Shown here piece after piece: positions 62,351-64,000 of a stretch of DNA of 64,000 nt. The DNA is from an uncultured Thermoplasmata archaeon. Its GTDB lineage: Archaea > Thermoplasmatota > Thermoplasmata > Lutacidiplasmatales > UBA184. Below the pieces are notes generated by a model. It was not told the origin of the DNA. It made no database searches and worked only from the letters and a program-made list of their open reading frames with translations. Made by a program: the position numbers and the translations under genes. How positions within the stretch are numbered: position 1 is the first letter of the stretch; the number at the start of each line of letters is the position of its first letter. Location: the NCBI GenBank assembly GCA_963715645.1, contig OY970259.1:815889-879888 (forward strand). Reading direction: 5' to 3'.

Positions 62351-63253
62351 ATGCGGGTCGTCTCCGTTCTGCCGAGCGCCTCCGAAATGGTCTTCGCGCT
62401 CGGCCACGGCGAGGAGCTGGTCGGGCGGAGCTCGGAGTGCGACTTCCCGGCCGCGGTCCGGGACCTGCCCGTGGTCATGCGACCGCGTGCCTGGGACGCA
62501 GAAGCCTCGTCCGCCGCGATCGATGCGCGCGTGACGGCGACGCGCGCGACGGGGCAGAGCCTCTACATGCTCGACATCTCCGAGATTGCCCGCTTGCGGC
62601 CGAACATCTTCCTCACCCAGGACCTGTGCGGAGTGTGCTCGGTGACCGACTCCGAGGTGGAGGAGGCATGCGCACGGGCCGGAGTCCGGCCGAGGGTCGT
62701 CTCCCTGACGCCGCGGAGCCTCGAGGAGGTCTGGTCGTCGACGGAGACCGTCGCAGACGCCTTGGGGGATTCGGAGGCAGGCCACCGGCTCGCCGCGACC
62801 CTGCGCGCCCGCGCACGCCGACCGTCCCGCGGTTCGGGTGCGCGCGTCGCGGTCGTCGAATGGCTGGACCCTCCCATACTCGCCGGCCTCTGGGCCCCGG
62901 AGATGGTCCGAGCCGCGGGGGGCGCTCCGGTTGGCACCCGGGCCGGTGAACCGGGCGTGCGGACCACCTGGGAGGCCATCTCGGCGGAAGAGCCGGACCT
63001 GGTTATCCTCGCCCCCTGCAGTTTCGCGGTCGAGCGCACCCGACGGGAGCTCGAGCGACCCTCCCTTCGCGCCGCGCTCGCCGGGGTCGGGGAGCCGCGC
63101 CTCGGGACGTTCCTCGCGGACGAGGCGTACTTCAGTCGTCCCGGTCCCCGCCTCGCGGACGGGATCGACTTGGTCGATCACTTACTCCAGGGGGCGGCGT
63201 GGCGCCCACCGATGCCCGTCCTCCCATGGACCGGGGCCGAGGTCGGCGCATGA
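62351..63253 (+). CDS. periplasmic-binding-protein-type ABC substrate-binding protein (BtuF/siderophore class); no adjacent permease/ATPase
   Basis: MRVVSVLPSASEMVFALG...ELVGRS..CDFP...LPVV... and LVILAPCSF are typical of cluster A-II/PF01497 binding proteins. Confidence 0.6.
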   Translation: MRVVSVLPSASEMVFALGHGEELVGRSSECDFPAAVRDLPVVMRPRAWDAEASSAAIDARVTATRATGQSLYMLDISEIARLRPNIFLTQDLCGVCSVTDSEVEEACARAGVRPRVVSLTPRSLEEVWSSTETVADALGDSEAGHRLAATLRARARRPSRGSGARVAVVEWLDPPILAGLWAPEMVRAAGGAPVGTRAGEPGVRTTWEAISAEEPDLVILAPCSFAVERTRRELERPSLRAALAGVGEPRLGTFLADEAYFSRPGPRLADGIDLVDHLLQGAAWRPPMPVLPWTGAEVGA

Positions 63254-63962
63254 GCGGCCCCTCCCCGTACCCTTACCAGGTACGCTACTCGTACACCGAC
63301 GGGAGCCCCACTGCCGACCCGGATCACCACCTCGCGCGCCGAACTGTTCCAGCTCTCGGTGGCATTCCTCGTGCTCACAGTCGACTTCGCGCTGATCCTA
63401 CGGTTCCGGTTCCTTGCTCCAGAGGGGCTTCGGATATGCCGCCTTCAGCCTGACCGTCGTCGCGGTCTCTGCGCTATCGGCCTTGACGGCGTTCGTCGCG
63501 CACGAGATGGCCCACAAGATCGCGGCCCAGCGCCTCGGCGCGTGGGCCGAGTTCCGGTACTCGCCCCTCATGCTCGTATTCTCCCTCCTGATCTCCTTCG
63601 CGGTCGGCTTCCTGTTCGCGGCGCCGGGCGCCACGGTCGTGAGCGGCATGTCGGACCGGCGAGAATGGGGGCGGACCAGCCTCGCGGGCCCGCTCTCGAA
63701 CATCGGCTTCTCCGCGGTCTTTTACGCCGCGGCGGTCGCCACGTATGCCGTCGGCTCGGCGTTCTTCGTACCCCTCCTGATCCTCGCCTTCTTCAACGGT
63801 TGGTTTGGGACCTTCAACCTGATCCCGTTCGGAGTGCTCGATGGAGCCAAGGTGTTCGCCTGGAGCAAGGCAGCCTGGGTCGGGGCGCTTGTTCCGGCGG
63901 CGATCCTGGCCGGCGTGACCTACGCGGCCCTCTTCTTCGGGACCCCGCTCTTGGTCCGGTGA
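63250..63962 (+). CDS. site-2 protease (peptidase M50)-like membrane metalloprotease; two frameshifts in the 5' region
   Basis: HEMAHK (HExxH) within a TM helix; NLIPFGVLDGAKV (S2P LDG motif). ATG at 63250 overlaps the upstream stop (ATGA). An N-terminal TM helix is visible in another frame. Confidence 0.6.
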
Positions 63963-63965
63963 GAC

Positions 63966-64000
63966 GATGTCACGCCCGGAGGTCCGCGAGCTGGGCGAAG
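63966..64000 (+). CDS. start of an unidentified downstream gene (window edge)
   Basis: ATG 3 nt after the S2P-like stop (MSRPEVRELGE...). Truncated by the window end. Confidence 0.2.

Noticed and set aside
1-64000. CRISPR arrays, IS elements, integrases or other mobile-element signatures
   Set aside because: No direct-repeat arrays, transposase/integrase-like ORFs or terminal inverted repeats were seen. Apart from small AT-rich promoter islands, composition is uniform.

Overview
High-GC (~68%) archaeal chromosomal segment that is mostly densely coding. Archaeal identity rests on conserved gene modules: eL42(L44e)-S27e-aIF2alpha-Nop10; L1-P0(L10)-P1(L12); Nop5-fibrillarin; GINS next to a Toprim protein; L15e; prefoldin alpha-FtsY; prefoldin beta; KEOPS Pcc1; aTrm56; mevalonate kinase; thiolase+DUF35; a GGPP synthase. 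Other recognisable content: an IorAB/Cox-like two-subunit molybdoenzyme beside a GMC oxidoreductase fused to a gluconate-2-dehydrogenase subunit-3-like domain; trehalose synthase; an ABC-2 exporter; a cupredoxin; a YVTN beta-propeller surface protein; the pstSCAB phosphate transporter; two APS-kinase-like paralogs; an RHH regulator preceded by a perfect palindromic operator; PurF, PurB, ArgS, QueC, MscL and a Wzx-type flippase. The most unusual locus is a plus-strand operon at ~36.9-43.3 kb: a HerA/FtsK-like P-loop ATPase, three tandem KaiC/RecA-like ATPase-domain genes (one with an intact Walker A, two degenerate), a PAC2-family protein and a MidA-type methyltransferase. I cannot assign it to a described system. 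No rRNA, tRNA or CRISPR array could be supported. A large fraction of genes, including essential ones (aIF2alpha, L1, P0, ArgS, eL42), carry +/-1 frameshifts, several at homopolymer runs; this points to assembly indel errors rather than pseudogenisation. Interrupted genes are therefore reported as single merged spans. The ORF track in this window evidently calls ATG, GTG and TTG starts, and its coordinates include the stop codon.
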